Part shown: in pieces, positions 49,371 through 58,646 of the stretch
Layout of the letters: each line of letters begins with the position of its first letter
Position numbering within the stretch: the first letter of the stretch is position 1
Source: a bacterium
GTDB lineage: Bacteria > Elusimicrobiota > Elusimicrobia > UBA1565 > UBA9628
Assembly (NCBI GenBank): GCA_021822495.1
Contig: JAKAQO010000001.1
Span: 264,808-328,807, forward strand
DNA: 64,000 nt
Direction of reading: 5' to 3'
Notes under the pieces: generated by a model
The model's input: the letters and a program-made list of their open reading frames with translations, nothing else
What the model was told of the DNA's origin: nothing
Database searches by the model: none
Program-made: the position numbers and the translations under genes

Positions 49371-51098
49371 ATGCGAAAATCATTAGCTTTGCTGATAGTA
49401 GCGCTTCTGGCGCGCCCGGTATTCTCTAACTCATCTCAAACCTTCATTCTCGCTCAAGTAGATGAAATCACCAGCCTCGACCCGGCCTATCCTTATGATA
49501 ACGCCAGCCAAAACGTCATTTTTAATGTTTATGATACCTTGCTGGGTTTTGACCGTTCGTCTTTCATCCATTTAATTCCTTCAATAGCGACCCAGGTTCC
49601 CTCGCGGAAAAACGGAGGCATCTCCGCAAATGGACGAGTCTACCGTTTTCATATCCGAAAAGGTATTCATTTTCAAGATGGAGAGATATTGACTCCTGAG
49701 GATGTTCGCTATTCTTTGCTCCGCTTCATGCTGATGGATCGTCCCGGAGGTCCCTCAAGCCTTCTCCTCAAACCCATTTTGGGAATTGACTCCACCCAGG
49801 AGAAAGGAGTGTCCCTCAAATCTATTTTCGATTCCGCTCAAAAAGCCGTGCGCGTGGAAGGGCAAGACGTCGTCATTACTCTCAAGCGGCCTTTTGCTCC
49901 ATTTTTATCCATCATGGCCCGCTGGTCTTATGTCTTGCCAAAAAACTGGGCCGCCCAACACGGAGACTGGGACGGAACCTTCGCTTCCCTCCTTCATTTC
50001 AATCGCCCATCGGAAGACCGAAGCTATCTGCGAAACCACATGGATGGAAGCGGCCCTTTTAAACTCATGCTCTGGAATCCCATTTCCAAATATATCATCC
50101 TAAAGAGAAACGAGTATTATTGGCGAAAACCCGCCGCCCTGTCCCAGGTCATTATTCGCACCATCCCGGAATTTTCAACCCAAAAGTTAATGCTCAAGGC
50201 CGGAGACGTGGACGCCGTCAACGTGTCTCCCGCTTTTTTAAGCGAGGTTTCCAATATCCCAGAGGTAAGAATTGTTTCCCATCTCCCGCGCATTGCGACC
50301 GACCCGGTCTTCTTCTTTACTTTCCAGATTAGCCCCACCGCCAATCGCGATATCGGTTCCGGCCGTTTGGGAGAAGACGGAATCCCTCCCGATTTTTTCT
50401 CCGACTTGGACGTTCGCCTCGGCATGACCTACGCCTTTGACGCTAAAACCTTCGTTGGCGACGCTTTGAAAGGCGAAGGAACCATAGCCAAAAGCGTGGT
50501 TCCCCCCAAACTCCTGCCAACGCGCGTGAAAATTCCCTACCGCTCTTACAATCTCCAAAAAGCTGTCTTCCATTTTAAGCGCGCATTCCATGGACAAGTT
50601 TGGAAAAAAGGATTTCATTTTACCCTTACCTACAACACCGGTTCCGAAAATCGTATGGCCGCAGCCCTTATCCTGAAAAAGAACGTGGAAGCGCTCAACC
50701 CAAAATTTCACATCGATGTTCGCGGCCTGGACTGGCCCTCGTTTTTAGACAAAAGCGAAAAGCATTTGATGCCAATTTTCGTGCGCGGCTGGTACGCGGA
50801 TTATCCCGACGCCTATAATTTTCTTAATGCGTTCTACGCCTCAAACGGGCGCTATCCCTTGGAGCAAAAATATCAGGACCCTCAAATGGACTCGCTTGTA
50901 AAAAAATTAGCGGAAAGCCCGAACCGTCTCAAACGGATCGAATGGGAAAAGAAAATCTTAACGCGCGCAAGTAAAAACGCACCCAATATCCCGGTCGCTA
51001 ACCCAACCGCCATTTACGCCTTAAGGCGCGAGGTTGAGGGTTTTTATGATAACCCCATTGCCTTGGGACTCGATTATTACTATATAAGGAAAAAATGA
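49371..51098 (+). CDS. ABC transporter substrate-binding protein, family 5 (paralogue of 15104..16921)
   Basis: Start trimmed to 'MRKSLALLIVALLARPVFS' (signal peptide). The ORF-track N-terminus overlaps the preceding gene. The ORF track begins at 49050, and I could not reconcile its start with my reading of line 49021, so the start is accurate to ±2 nt only. Shares 'DVRYSLLRFML-DRPGGPSSLLLKPILG' with the first binding protein. Confidence 0.75.
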   Translation: MRKSLALLIVALLARPVFSNSSQTFILAQVDEITSLDPAYPYDNASQNVIFNVYDTLLGFDRSSFIHLIPSIATQVPSRKNGGISANGRVYRFHIRKGIHFQDGEILTPEDVRYSLLRFMLMDRPGGPSSLLLKPILGIDSTQEKGVSLKSIFDSAQKAVRVEGQDVVITLKRPFAPFLSIMARWSYVLPKNWAAQHGDWDGTFASLLHFNRPSEDRSYLRNHMDGSGPFKLMLWNPISKYIILKRNEYYWRKPAALSQVIIRTIPEFSTQKLMLKAGDVDAVNVSPAFLSEVSNIPEVRIVSHLPRIATDPVFFFTFQISPTANRDIGSGRLGEDGIPPDFFSDLDVRLGMTYAFDAKTFVGDALKGEGTIAKSVVPPKLLPTRVKIPYRSYNLQKAVFHFKRAFHGQVWKKGFHFTLTYNTGSENRMAAALILKKNVEALNPKFHIDVRGLDWPSFLDKSEKHLMPIFVRGWYADYPDAYNFLNAFYASNGRYPLEQKYQDPQMDSLVKKLAESPNRLKRIEWEKKILTRASKNAPNIPVANPTAIYALRREVEGFYDNPIALGLDYYYIRKK

Positions 51099-51742
51099 AA
51101 CTCGCCGATCGCTCCAAACAAGCCGGAAAAGTTCTCAAAGGTCTCAAAACGCTCTACCCGGACGCTCACTGCGAACTTAATTTCAGCTCCCCTTGGGAAT
51201 TAGCGGTGGCCACAATCCTATCAGCTCAATGCACCGATAAAAGAGTCAACGCCGTCACTCCCCGTCTTTTCAAGAAATACAGGACAATCGAAGATTACGC
51301 CAAAGCCGATATCAAAGAAATTGAGTCTATTATTCGCTCGACCGGTTTTTTTCGCTCCAAAGCGCTCTCCATCCAAGAATCGGCAAAAGTTCTTCTCAAG
51401 GACTTTAACGGTCAAATGCCCAAAACCATGGCCGAATTGACAAAACTTCGCGGCGTCGCCAGAAAAACCGCCAACGTCATTTTGGGAACGGCTTTTGGCC
51501 GCGCGGAAGGAATTGTCGTTGACACTCATGTCCAACGCCTTTCATTAAGACTGGGGCTTACGAAAAAAACCAATCCCGTCGCCATCGAAAAAGACCTCAT
51601 GCCGCTCATCCCGCGAAAGAATTGGATTTTTTTCGGGCACGCTTTGGTTTTGCACGGCAGAAGAATTTGCGCGGCAAGAAAGCCGCTTTGCCCATCCTGC
51701 TTCTTTAAACCCTTCTGCCCTTATGAATTTAAAAACAAATGA
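51095..51742 (+). CDS. nth: Endonuclease III
   Basis: 'LRGVARKTANVIL' HhH-GPD motif and 'CAARKPLCPSCFFKPFC' FeS loop, 215 aa. Confidence 0.9.
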   Translation: MKLADRSKQAGKVLKGLKTLYPDAHCELNFSSPWELAVATILSAQCTDKRVNAVTPRLFKKYRTIEDYAKADIKEIESIIRSTGFFRSKALSIQESAKVLLKDFNGQMPKTMAELTKLRGVARKTANVILGTAFGRAEGIVVDTHVQRLSLRLGLTKKTNPVAIEKDLMPLIPRKNWIFFGHALVLHGRRICAARKPLCPSCFFKPFCPYEFKNK

Positions 51743-51811
51743 ACCAACCTTTTTACCGTTTTTTTACCATCCTGTCACAAATTTGATACAAAGAAGGAGA
51801 ACTATAACCTT

Positions 51812-52915
51812 ATGGCAGACAAAGAACTGACTTTAAACCAACTTCTACAAGAGGCCATCACGGTTGGAGGAAGCGATCTCCATCTAATTCAAGGCACCTC
51901 TCCCATGGTCCGGGTTTCAGGCGAAATAGCGGCGTTAAAGCATCCTGCCTTATATTCCGATCAAATCATGGCCCTCGTTAAACCCTTTATTGATGAGAAC
52001 GAATCAGAATCTTTTAAAAAAGAGTGTAAACTTCATTTTTCGAGAAGCATTGAATCTCTGGGACGATTTCGTTTCTCTATTTATCGCGCCCTGGGAACAG
52101 TCGGGGCAACTATTCGCATTATCACAAGCAAGATTTATCCCTTGGCCTCCTTGGGACTTCCCCCCATCGTGGGGAATCTCATTACCCGGCGAACAGGAAT
52201 TATTTTAGTCACCGGCCCCACTGGAAGCGGAAAAAGCACCACCATGGCCGCAATGATTGAACAAGTCAATCAGAACGGACGCCCTCAAAAAATAATCACC
52301 ATTGAAGATCCCATTGAAACTATTTTCAAACCTGCCCATTGCATTTTCGTCCAAAGGGAAGTCGGAGTCGACACCCCTTCTTTCGAGATGGGAACCTTGG
52401 ACGCTTTAAGACAAGACCCTGATATTCTATGTATCGGAGAACTTCGGGATGCAAAATCCATTCAGGCCGCGATGCTGGCCGCAGAAACGGGGCACTTGGT
52501 CATCACCACCCTCCACACCCGGGACGCGTCAAAAACAGCCCAAAGAATCATCTCTTCTTTTCCGGAAGCCGACCAGCAAGCCCTCAGCGAGCAGTTCGCC
52601 TCAACGATTGAAGCCGTCATCTCCCAGGAACTTTTGCCGCGCGCGGACGGAAAGGGGATGGTGCTGGCGCCTGAAATCTTAATCGCAACATCGGCAGTCC
52701 GCCAACTCATCCGCGAAAGACGCCTTGAAGCCATAAACGACGCCATTCAAGCCGGAACCTCGGTCGGAATGGTTCCTAAGGACATGTGGCTTAAGAATCT
52801 GCTTCAGAAAAGTGTCATTTCCCGGGAGACCGCTCTTGCGGCGGCGCATAACGTACAAATGATTGATGAGAAAGCTCCTCCTCCGAAAGAAAATCTATTT
52901 TTCCGAAAGCTTTAA
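51812..52915 (+). CDS. pilT: Type IV pilus retraction ATPase PilT
   Basis: 'GSDLHL' N-terminus, Walker A 'GPTGSGKSTT', 'IGELRD' Asp box, His box 'GHLVITTLHT'. AGGAG RBS. Confidence 0.85.
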   Translation: MADKELTLNQLLQEAITVGGSDLHLIQGTSPMVRVSGEIAALKHPALYSDQIMALVKPFIDENESESFKKECKLHFSRSIESLGRFRFSIYRALGTVGATIRIITSKIYPLASLGLPPIVGNLITRRTGIILVTGPTGSGKSTTMAAMIEQVNQNGRPQKIITIEDPIETIFKPAHCIFVQREVGVDTPSFEMGTLDALRQDPDILCIGELRDAKSIQAAMLAAETGHLVITTLHTRDASKTAQRIISSFPEADQQALSEQFASTIEAVISQELLPRADGKGMVLAPEILIATSAVRQLIRERRLEAINDAIQAGTSVGMVPKDMWLKNLLQKSVISRETALAAAHNVQMIDEKAPPPKENLFFRKL

Positions 52916-52930
52916 TTCTTAGGCAAACCT

Positions 52931-53770
52931 TTAGCGCATCTTTTTGGAAAAAGATTCTATATCCTGGCCGTCATAGAAGTGAATTTGCTTCAAGCGCCTA
53001 AGGCCTCCCCAATGGACGATCTTCTCGGCGTCATCCAATAAGATTCCGGGATAAACTTTTCCATGAACGATAGCTAGCTTTCCTTGCGCGCGCAAGACAA
53101 CTCCTCCAAAATCAGGCCCGTAACGCTGCGCAAAATCCTCGATCTGGGAAACAAAGGGAACCGCGTCCGAAACTTGATAGAGCGAATACGCATCCTGGAT
53201 AAAAAGAATCTCGTCAAAAGCGGTCTTGTCCCATTCCCCGGCCACTTCCCGGCGCCCAATTCCCTCGGAAAATAATTTCTTCGCCTCTAAGACCTTTAAA
53301 TTGAAGTCTTTCGCGAATTTTGGATGGCGAGCGCCGTATTCAACCATAAACAAGACGCGATTGACCCGCGCGTAAAAAAAACTGTCCTCAGTCTCGACGG
53401 GAAGCCCTAAAGAGGCGATGGACAAGGCCCGAATCAAGGCCAAATCAAATTCCGGAGATGGAGGCGACAATAAAGCATTTTTATCGAACAAAATTCGAGA
53501 ATTCGGTTCCCAGGCGAAATTAACCAGGCGATTTTTTTTGACTGATCCAATAAAATCAGGGATAAATTCCGTCTCAGCCAGGAGTTTTCGTCCGATTTTT
53601 GTTTCCGAAATTTCTTTTTCCGCTTTTTTTAAATGTCGCGCCTGGACAAAAGACAATCCTGTTTCGGAAAAACCAAGTTCATTGGGAGAAACGACGGGTT
53701 GCGCAAAAGAGAGACCGGCGCAGGAAATAATGAGAGCCGAAAGCCAAAGTTTCAAATCACGCAGTCCCAA
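52931..53770 (-). CDS. Secreted hypothetical protein
   Basis: Signal peptide 'LWLSALIISCAGLSFAQ'. No family recognised. Confidence 0.5.
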   Translation of the reverse strand: MGLRDLKLWLSALIISCAGLSFAQPVVSPNELGFSETGLSFVQARHLKKAEKEISETKIGRKLLAETEFIPDFIGSVKKNRLVNFAWEPNSRILFDKNALLSPPSPEFDLALIRALSIASLGLPVETEDSFFYARVNRVLFMVEYGARHPKFAKDFNLKVLEAKKLFSEGIGRREVAGEWDKTAFDEILFIQDAYSLYQVSDAVPFVSQIEDFAQRYGPDFGGVVLRAQGKLAIVHGKVYPGILLDDAEKIVHWGGLRRLKQIHFYDGQDIESFSKKMR

Positions 53771-55166
53771 CGGCGGAATCCAGAGCGCTCAGCATATCCG
53801 AGACGCGGGAAAATTTCTCTCGTGTTTTGCCCTTCCTTTTTCCTTCTTCGATTTCGATTTGATCGAGTTTTTTCCATTCGGGAAAGGAGACAAATCGGCG
53901 CCGGCGTTCCCTTAAAAATTGTTCCATGGAAGCGGGTGGATGAACGGGCGGAACTGTCCAGCCGAATTTTCCGGCCAAGGCGTCCTCCAACATCCCTTTG
54001 ACAGTGGCGACCGAGTCGGCGCGGTTGGTACCGATGAGACCGCTCGGCCCTCTCTTAGCCCACCCCACCACGTATTCTCCCATACAGGGATTCTTTAAGT
54101 CCGAGGAAAGAACCCGCCCTTCCCGGTTGGGAATTTTTCCAGATTTTAAATCAAACGGAACTCCGGAAATGGGCGCGCCGCGATATCCAACCGAACGAAA
54201 GACAAGGCCGGCCGGCAATGTCTCAAACTGTCCGGTTCCCACGGCCTTGGCCTTTCCGTTTCCATCAGATACTAGGCGATTTTTCTCGATCTTAAGCCCC
54301 CCAACCCGGCCATCCTCAATAACGATTTCAACGGGAGAAACACAAAAACGAAGCCGAATTTTTCTGGGCTTATTTCCTTCTCCCATCTTCGCCTGGGCCT
54401 GGACATAATCGACATTCTTTTTATTTTCGGGATTCAGATAGTCGGTCTTTGAGGCTTCATCCAGCCGCGCCTCGTCTTCCCTGACCACCAAATCCGCCGT
54501 CGTAAGGCTTCCCAGCTCCTTAATCTCCGCCGGAGAATACGCGGCTTGGGCCGGGCCCCGACGCCCTAAAAGATAGACGATCTTGATTCGGCTCTGCCTT
54601 AAAGTTTCAAGAGCGTAATCCGCGATATCGGTCTTGGCTAGGATTTCCGGGCCTTCGGCCAAAATCCGCGCGACATCAATGGCGACGTTCCCAACTCCCA
54701 CAATCGCCGCGCTTTCGCAAGATAAATCGAATTTCTGATCCCGATAATCGGGATGGGCGTTGTACCATCCGACAAAAGCGGTCGCGGAATGACTGCCCAA
54801 AGCGTCTTCTCCGGGAATTACCATTTTTCGGTCCGTCTCAGCCCCGACCGCATAAACGATTTGATGATAGCGTTCTTTTAAATCAGAAACCTGGATGTCC
54901 TTTCCTAATTGAATATTCCCAAAAAAACGAAAACCCGGAAGCTGCGCGATTTTTTCATAAACTGCGGTCACGGCCTTGATTTTTTGGTGATCCGGAGCCA
55001 CCCCGCCGCGAACAAGCCCATAGGGAGTGGGCAAACGATCGAAAAGATCAACTTCAACCGGAACCTCTTTTTGCTTAAGAAGGGCCTCGGCGGCATAAAA
55101 GCCGGAGGGGCCGGAACCAACAATCGCCACCCGTAAAATTTTTTGAGAAAACTTGTCATCCGCCAT
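53757..55166 (-). CDS. FAD/NAD(P)-dependent ferredoxin–NADP+ reductase of the adrenodoxin-reductase (FprA) type
   Basis: 'LRVAIVGSGPSGFYAAEAL…DLFDRLPTPYGLVRGGVAPDH' with a second Rossmann 'AAIVGVGNVAIDVARIL'. Start trimmed to MADDKF. Confidence 0.75.
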   Translation of the reverse strand: MADDKFSQKILRVAIVGSGPSGFYAAEALLKQKEVPVEVDLFDRLPTPYGLVRGGVAPDHQKIKAVTAVYEKIAQLPGFRFFGNIQLGKDIQVSDLKERYHQIVYAVGAETDRKMVIPGEDALGSHSATAFVGWYNAHPDYRDQKFDLSCESAAIVGVGNVAIDVARILAEGPEILAKTDIADYALETLRQSRIKIVYLLGRRGPAQAAYSPAEIKELGSLTTADLVVREDEARLDEASKTDYLNPENKKNVDYVQAQAKMGEGNKPRKIRLRFCVSPVEIVIEDGRVGGLKIEKNRLVSDGNGKAKAVGTGQFETLPAGLVFRSVGYRGAPISGVPFDLKSGKIPNREGRVLSSDLKNPCMGEYVVGWAKRGPSGLIGTNRADSVATVKGMLEDALAGKFGWTVPPVHPPASMEQFLRERRRRFVSFPEWKKLDQIEIEEGKRKGKTREKFSRVSDMLSALDSAVGTA

Positions 55167-55278
55167 AACGCCCCCTTTAACCCTTCTCATGCCTTTTCCA
55201 ATCAATCGTAAGGACGGCATTGCCCCAACCATAAGCGCCCTGTCGCGAAAGAAGGGGCTAATAAGTAAAATATTTAAA

Positions 55279-56835
55279 ATGGGACTTATACATCAAGCGA
55301 AAAATAACGACCCCGTCGAGACTCTTCAAGAGCTTCTCAAACGCAGAGCCCAAGAAGCTCCGGGGAAGCCCTTTCTTTTCTTTAAAGACCAAATTTGGAG
55401 CAGACAAGAATTGGATATCGCCTCAAGCATCTTGGCCCAGGAAATCAAGGACCTTGGCGTCAAAGCCCAAGACCGCGTCGCCCTCATTGTTCCCAATGGA
55501 CCGGAATTCATCCTTCATTTCTTTGGAATCCTCAAGGCGGGAGCTCTCGTCGTTCCGGTCAACACCGCACTCAAAGAAGAAGAGATTTCTTTTATTCTCA
55601 AAGACTCAGGCGCGGTCTGCGCCTTCACGGGGCCGTCTCATGAGAAAAGCCTCAAATCCTTGACTGACCGCATCCCTTCCCTCAAAACCATTCAAGCTCT
55701 CCCTTTGGGGGAAGACAAAAATTTCTGGCTCAAAAAGGGGACAGTCCCCTTTATTGAGGAAAAGGGGACTGTCCCCTTTTCGGCGAGCCTCATCTACACC
55801 TCGGGAACGACCGGTTTCCCCAAAGGCGCCGAACTCACACATCGCAACTATCTGTTTGACGTGCAGAAATTCGTCGAAGCGACTCAAATGAATGAGTCCG
55901 ACCGGTTTTTATGTTTTCTGCCCCTTTTTCACGTCAACGCCCAAGTCGTCACTCTTTTATCCCCCCTCTATTGCGGCGGCGCCATGGTCTTGATGGAAAA
56001 ATTCGCGCCCAAGGAATTTTTTGAAACCCTCTCCTCAAAAAAAGCGACCTCCTTTAGCGGGGTTCCGTCCGTCTATTCCGTGCTTTTAGGCGTTCCGGAT
56101 TCCGCTAATTACGATTTATCCTCTCTTCGGTTTTGCATCTGCGGAGCGGCCCCGATGCCGGTTGAGATTTTTGAGCGCTTTGAAAAAAAATTCAACGCCT
56201 ACATCCTCGAGGGATATGGACTCTCGGAAGGAACCTGCGTTTCTTCCATCAACCCGCCGCCCCCGCAAAAAAGAAAAATCGGTTCCATCGGCCTTGCGCT
56301 CAAAGATCAGAATATGAAAATTTTGGATTCCGCAGGAACAGAACTTCCACGCGGGGAGATTGGCGAAATCGCGATTCAAGGCGAAAACGTCATGAAAGGC
56401 TATTGGAATAATTCCTCCGCAACCTCGCAAACCATTAGAGATGGTTGGCTCTACACCGGCGATTTAGGCTATCAAGACGCGAACGGATTTTTCTTTATCG
56501 CGGGGCGTTCAAAAGAAATGATTATCCGCGGCGGAGAAAACATCTACCCCAAGGAAGTGGAAGAGTCCCTCTATCGCCATCCCGCCATTTTGGAAGCGGC
56601 CGTGATTGGACTCCCGGATCAGCGTTGGGGCGAAGAAGTGGCGGCCTTTTTGGTTTTAAAAGAAGGTCAAAGTTTAACCGCCAAGGATGTTCGCCTATTT
56701 CTCAAAGACAAAATCGCCGATTATAAAATCCCGCGGCAAATCGAGATTCTTTCTTCCTTGCCTAAAACGGCGACCGGAAAAATCCAAAAGCTAAAGCTCA
56801 AAAAAGAAATTTGCGAAAGGGAGGGACTCCGATAA
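55279..56835 (+). CDS. Long-chain-fatty-acid–CoA ligase (AMP-binding), carrying an in-frame palindromic-repeat insertion before the P-loop
   Basis: 'IYTSGTTGFPKGA' AMP-binding motif and 'YGLSEGT', 'GYWNN', 'YTGDLG' cores. Start trimmed to MGLIHQ. Confidence 0.85.
   Translation: MGLIHQAKNNDPVETLQELLKRRAQEAPGKPFLFFKDQIWSRQELDIASSILAQEIKDLGVKAQDRVALIVPNGPEFILHFFGILKAGALVVPVNTALKEEEISFILKDSGAVCAFTGPSHEKSLKSLTDRIPSLKTIQALPLGEDKNFWLKKGTVPFIEEKGTVPFSASLIYTSGTTGFPKGAELTHRNYLFDVQKFVEATQMNESDRFLCFLPLFHVNAQVVTLLSPLYCGGAMVLMEKFAPKEFFETLSSKKATSFSGVPSVYSVLLGVPDSANYDLSSLRFCICGAAPMPVEIFERFEKKFNAYILEGYGLSEGTCVSSINPPPPQKRKIGSIGLALKDQNMKILDSAGTELPRGEIGEIAIQGENVMKGYWNNSSATSQTIRDGWLYTGDLGYQDANGFFFIAGRSKEMIIRGGENIYPKEVEESLYRHPAILEAAVIGLPDQRWGEEVAAFLVLKEGQSLTAKDVRLFLKDKIADYKIPRQIEILSSLPKTATGKIQKLKLKKEICEREGLR
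55732..55781. repeat. Inverted pair of palindromic elements (copies 3 and 4: AAAAAGGGGACAGTCCCCTTT…AAAAGGGGACTGTCCCCTTTT) inside the AMP-ligase CDS
   Basis: Identical cores to 394..406 and 19269..19280. Translates in-frame as KKGTVPFIEEKGTVPFSA. Confidence 0.7.
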
Positions 56836-58160
56836 GAAATTTTGACGCCGTCGTCATCGGAGGCGGAATCACGGGCGCGGGTATTGCGCGGGATCTCTCC
56901 ATGCGCGGGGTTAAGACGCTTTTACTTGAAAAAAATTCGTTCGGGCAAGCGACCACGGCCTCTTCCTCCCACATGATTCACGGGGGACTGCGCTATTTGA
57001 TGTATGACCGCTTAACGACTCAAACCACCTGCTGGGATTCGGGAAACATTCTCCAAATCGCGAGAAAAAATCTGACCCGCCTTCCCATTCTTTGGCCGGT
57101 TTACCGGGGGCACGCCCATGGAATTGAAACGGTTGAAACCCTTTTGGAATCCTACGATCAATTCCAAGTCATGAAGGGCGGGCTCAAACACCTGCGCCTC
57201 TCCAAGGAAGAAACGCTTTCTCTCATCCCCGGTCTTAAGGCCGAGGGGCTCGTGGGCGCCCTCTCCTTTGATGAATGGTGGGTAAACCCGGTCGAACTCG
57301 TCCAAAAAAATCTTGAGTCCGCGAAAAAATACGGGGCTCAAATCGAAGAAAAAAGAGAGGCTGATGAATTTATTTTCCAAAGCCGGAAAATCGTGGGTCT
57401 TAAATCCGCCGGAGAAGAAATTTACGCGAAAATTGTCATCAACGCCGCGGGGCCCTGGATTGATGAAGTGTCTCAACTCGCTCAAATTCGCATTCCGCTT
57501 CGCCTTCAAAAAGGAACCCATTTGGTTTACAAGGAAAAACTGATTCCCTTCGGGCTAATTCTTCAAACCCAGGATGAGAGATACGTCTTTGTCATTCCTT
57601 CGCCCCAGGGAACCTTGATTGGCCCCACGGACCTCGCAACTAAGGAAAAACCGGGCCAAATCAAAACCTCGGAGGAAGAAATTCAATACCTTTTAAAGAC
57701 GGCCGCCCATTATTTGCCATCTTTTCCCTCGCGCTATGATTCCACCATTGTTGGGGCGCGTCCCATTCTCGCTCAAAAAGGAAATGAAAAACTCCTATCC
57801 CGCGGATTTGAAGTTTTGGATCACCTCAAGCGGGATGGAATTGAAGGGTTCATCACCATCGGCGGCGGAAAAATGTCTGATTTTAGACTCATGGCTGAAG
57901 AAACCTCAAATCTCGCCTGCGAAAAACTGGGCGTTCAAGCTCCCTGCAAAACTGCGCTTGAAACTTTAGATGGAAAACCGCTTTCCCCTTCTTCATTTAA
58001 GCGCCCTTCCTCCACCCTTGAACGGTTTCTCAAAGCCTATCCCCGTCTCCGGGAAACCCACGCCTTTCTGCACCTGGCCCTGGCTTTTTTGAGACACAGC
58101 GTTTATTCTCAAAAAACTTCTTCTGAATTTACTTCTTATTATTCCCAGCTGGCGCCTTGA
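56811..58160 (+). CDS. FAD-dependent oxidoreductase, glycerol-3-phosphate dehydrogenase (GlpA/GlpD)-like
   Basis: 'AVVIGGGITGAGIARDL' and 'HMIHGGLRYL' motifs. Non-ATG (TTG) start in the ORF track. No glpBC partner genes. Confidence 0.6.
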   Translation: MRKGGTPIRNFDAVVIGGGITGAGIARDLSMRGVKTLLLEKNSFGQATTASSSHMIHGGLRYLMYDRLTTQTTCWDSGNILQIARKNLTRLPILWPVYRGHAHGIETVETLLESYDQFQVMKGGLKHLRLSKEETLSLIPGLKAEGLVGALSFDEWWVNPVELVQKNLESAKKYGAQIEEKREADEFIFQSRKIVGLKSAGEEIYAKIVINAAGPWIDEVSQLAQIRIPLRLQKGTHLVYKEKLIPFGLILQTQDERYVFVIPSPQGTLIGPTDLATKEKPGQIKTSEEEIQYLLKTAAHYLPSFPSRYDSTIVGARPILAQKGNEKLLSRGFEVLDHLKRDGIEGFITIGGGKMSDFRLMAEETSNLACEKLGVQAPCKTALETLDGKPLSPSSFKRPSSTLERFLKAYPRLRETHAFLHLALAFLRHSVYSQKTSSEFTSYYSQLAP

Positions 58161-58184
58161 TCAGAAACGTTTCACGCGATTTCG

Positions 58185-58646
58185 CTAACGCATCGTTAGA
58201 ACGGGAGTCGGAGGTTCTTCGTTGAGAAGCAACCAGTAGAGGCCTATTTGGCGGGCGGCCTCGGCGAATTGAATAAAATCTACGGGCTTTCGGACATAGC
58301 TGTTGACCCCGTGATCGTAAGCGTCGACAAGGTCTTGCTCTTCCTTGGAAGAGGTCAACATGATAATCGGCAATCGCCGGGTTCTATCGTCGGCCCTCAC
58401 GCGCTTAAGAACCTCGATGCCTCCAATCTTGGGCAAGTTGATATCCAGAAGAACGATCGCCGTCCGCGCATTTTCGCCCCGCCCGGCATAAGGGCCTTGA
58501 AAAAACAAATAATCCAGGGCTTCCGCCCCATCCGAGACGACGCGAATTTCATTAGAAATATCGGCTTTTTTAAATGCCCTTAAGGCCAAGGCGACATCGT
58601 CCGGGTTATCCTCGACCAGCAGTATGGTCCCCTGTCTCGTCTTCAT
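58185..58646 (-). CDS. Single-domain response regulator (receiver)
   Basis: 'ILLVEDNPDDV…LLDINLPKIGG…YVRKPV'. Start at MKTRQ with a GGAGGA RBS. Confidence 0.8.
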   Translation of the reverse strand: MKTRQGTILLVEDNPDDVALALRAFKKADISNEIRVVSDGAEALDYLFFQGPYAGRGENARTAIVLLDINLPKIGGIEVLKRVRADDRTRRLPIIMLTSSKEEQDLVDAYDHGVNSYVRKPVDFIQFAEAARQIGLYWLLLNEEPPTPVLTMR

